In this document: positions 25,101 to 26,459 of the stretch, in pieces | Layout of the letters: the number at the start of each line of letters is the position of its first letter | How positions within the stretch are numbered: position 1 is the first letter of the stretch | Translations under genes and position numbers: made by a program | The notes under the pieces: model-generated | Told to the model about the DNA's origin: nothing | Databases searched by the model: none | Seen by the model: the letters and a program-made list of their open reading frames with translations, nothing else | IMG/VR virus record: IMGVR_UViG_3300046534_000199 | Coordinates: 1 to 26,459 of that record | Strand: one strand, 5' to 3' | Source of the DNA: a virus | Lineage: Duplodnaviria; Caudoviricetes | Length of the DNA: 26,459 nucleotides

Positions 25101-26459
25101 ATGTGATAAATCCCATATAACTGCGTCAAGCACTTGTCCAGCATCTCTACGACATGTTGCTTGTACATAAGAAAGACTTACTGCTGATGTTCCTGTAGCA
25201 TCTGCTAGAGCAAATAATGCACCGCCGTTGGTTTCTGAAACTGTAAATGTAGTTGCGTTAATAATAGTTTTTACAAAGTATTCTGTTCCTGCAACAATGT
25301 TTCCAAAAGTAGTGCCTGCAAACTTAATTGCCACATTTGGTGCTAGCCAACTTGTACTAGTTACAGTAATAGCATCTGTTGATGCAGTTGTAGCTGTAGC
25401 AGTATCGGTATAAGTAGCTTCAATATATTCAATTACTTCATCTTGGATGAAGTGTCTGTTTCTTTGCAATAATGTTTTAGCGTTAAAACGTATTGCTCCA
25501 GCTTGTACTTGTTGTGTTGCGTGTTGCAAAGTTTTCCAAGGACGATCAATTGTTACACCACGGTTAGGTGCTTTGCCGTCGACGCCAGCAGATCCTTCAA
25601 CATAAAATATATTATTAAGTTGTCCAAGGTATGCCCATTCTGGAGCATTTCCTGCTGCATTTACTCGTAAGCCTTGTCCCTCTGTGCCAACTGGCAATCT
25701 TGTTGCGCCAGCGCCGCCATAGTAAACAATATCGCCTGCTGTGGTTAAGTTTCCTGATTCTGCGCCAGCGTTGACTAAATTCCATTCGCTGCCGTCTGTA
25801 TCTTGATCTGGTCTGTTTTGTAATGTAACTTGGTCTGAAGCATGTTTAAGTACACAAATGTAACTGTTAACACCGTGTCCTACAACATCACCTAAATCAT
25901 ATTCTGTTGCGTTGGCCCAAGCACCTTTCCATTCAAAACCTTCGTTAAGTCTCTGCCAGTATGTTGCACTTGGTGGATGTTGTGATGCATGCTTTAGAAT
26001 ACATAGATACGTATAACCGCCTACTCGAGCTACATCTCCTTCGATATATTCTAAGTCAGATGCATTGGTGTCATAGTCGCCTACGTAACGAAATCCAGTT
26101 GTAAACAAGTCCCAAGCTGCTGCGTTATCGCTTGGCTTTAAACCAATGTTGTTTGTAATTGAAACATAACTATAACCGCCATATGTTACAAAGTCACCTG
26201 GTTGATAAGCTGTGCCTACTGCCCAACCATCTTCAAATTCTAAACCTTCAACAAACTGTGCCCAATTAGATTCGTCTGCTGCTAAATTAGTTGCACTACT
26301 TGTGTGTTGTGTAGTACAAATCCAAATGCCGCCGCCGTATTTTACAACGTCATTAATTCTGTAACGTGTGTTTATTGCGTGGGTAGACCTATATTCGATG
26401 CCTTTATGTAGATAATCAAACTTGGCTTGATCTGCTTCTAAACCTAATGAAGGAGTCGC
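22104..26459 (-). CDS. Very large virion structural protein; 5' end lies beyond the window
   Basis: Manual translation shows the frame stays open from 26108 to 26459 (...KGIEYRSTHAINTRYRINDVVKYGGGIWICTTQHTS...). Contains CBM-like repeats, helical CxRD units, a possible beta-helix region (GDELRST, SPYVQNVTTFG, ANDFTQ, ELVSVF) and C-terminal PTQKAIKTYI. Confidence 0.75.
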   Translation of the reverse strand, partial: ATPSLGLEADQAKFDYLHKGIEYRSTHAINTRYRINDVVKYGGGIWICTTQHTSSATNLAADESNWAQFVEGLEFEDGWAVGTAYQPGDFVTYGGYSYVSITNNIGLKPSDNAAAWDLFTTGFRYVGDYDTNASDLEYIEGDVARVGGYTYLCILKHASQHPPSATYWQRLNEGFEWKGAWANATEYDLGDVVGHGVNSYICVLKHASDQVTLQNRPDQDTDGSEWNLVNAGAESGNLTTAGDIVYYGGAGATRLPVGTEGQGLRVNAAGNAPEWAYLGQLNNIFYVEGSAGVDGKAPNRGVTIDRPWKTLQHATQQVQAGAIRFNAKTLLQRNRHFIQDEVIEYIEATYTDTATATTASTDAITVTSTSWLAPNVAIKFAGTTFGNIVAGTEYFVKTIINATTFTVSETNGGALFALADATGTSAVSLSYVQATCRRDAGQVLDAVIWDLSHGGNQRSVQAAKAYYAADGTTYIGGVNASPAATAAGLAYIITLADAVMSNLAPTTVRGSLARFTDATLTEESDATTVVTTLIGIVTSALTAGNTTAVPAIVMPQHTIFVKTGSFAEILPIVVPENTAVVGDELRSTRITPAGSVTAVGDTTISLDVYARMAVITSDIVTNSAVTKTTGNALTQVTTSPAGSAAAGAFAANLWTQIYDYTDYRVNGVSGDSTVPVTYGTNDANSTTGYTYAVETIEANRAFLVAEVHAYVADQHPSYTYSIAACSRDVNSYLDAIQWDLIYTGNYKSLLAARLYANSVYGSALEDMFYMRNGTGLRNCTISGLTGTLGSNNAFGTKRPSAGAFVSLDPGWGTAHTGAWIANKSPYVQNVTTFGTGCVGLKIDGDLHAGGNDSIVANDFTQIISDGIGCWVTNLGRAELVSVFSYYGHIGYLAENGGKIRATNGNSSYGTFGTVAEGVDATEVPVTGNVDNFALEAFSKHVLTDDNNILIIEYTNAGVGYTAGGTTITPSGEGYSAAINSPVVVNGGVFEVRLTDPAANKGGAGYVKNANVAQEGTATQITISNTDVKLSAAYVGMAIYITNGTGAGQYAYVDTYNSGTKVATVKKMSDDSAGWDHVTGVAIESVLDATTTYSIEPRVTFTAPADNLYASTAKGRAYVADGKIALVTIWHPGVGYSSAPTLTLTDPSNTVDVPHTVRIGNGVLAQPTWTNRGTGFATAAATIVGDGYADMFQPGTLINVSGVTALPQAGANLTIAGDSNYYKLVAIRNTTGSGPYSAQFQISPAMTITDAPADDAAISVRIRYSQVRLTGHDFLDVGTGNFANTNYPGAPGTAPIPANETVVGGGGRVFYTTTDQDGNFRVGGLFNVEQATGVATLNADAFNITGLNELQLGAVALGGTGATITEFSVDGTFTANSDSIVPTQKAIKTYIASQIGGGAGELNVNSMTAGVVKISGQEITTTTNAQINITQKVNFTGGIKGAPVALNYFLSS
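25840..26400 (-). repeat. Four CBM5/12 (ChtBD3)-like protein repeats
   Basis: YRINDVVKYGGGIWIC, WAVGTAYQPGDFVTYGGYSYVS, YIEGDVARVGGYTYLC, WANATEYDLGDVVGHGVNSYIC. Confidence 0.7.

Noticed and set aside
23014-25413. + strand ORFs opposite the large right-hand gene
   Set aside because: Same antisense artefact.
26106-26108. TTG start for the 1334-aa ORF
   Set aside because: The frame stays open to the window end and the repeats continue upstream.
1-26459. tRNA, rRNA, CRISPR array, intron or IS element
   Set aside because: Intergenic gaps are all at most about 62 nt, and no such repeats, structures or transposase/endonuclease motifs were seen.

Overview
Segment of a large T4-like (myovirus, possibly jumbo) phage genome, probably from an aquatic host (inference). 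The + strand (1-4468) carries the end of a probable neck gene, a gp15-like tail terminator, a Nudix hydrolase and a separately promoted ADP-heptose cassette (hldE, hldD, cupin). The - strand (4476 to window end) is a tail/virion structural block: two very large repeat-rich proteins, a Gly/Cys-rich tail-fibre adhesin and its chaperone. Inserted into it is a tightly coupled 7-gene tailoring operon: a flavin-dependent halogenase, four 2OG-Fe(II) oxygenases, a GT9-like heptosyltransferase and a CmcH/NodU carbamoyltransferase. The best candidate for an undescribed system is post-translational decoration of the virion: a polyglycine adhesin with 27 Cys in its last 262 residues lies two genes upstream of the operon, and the sugar-donor genes are nearby. 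The operon has its own promoter inside a hairpin that would hide its ribosome-binding site in read-through RNA. Product calls come from motifs recognised by eye; no searches were run.
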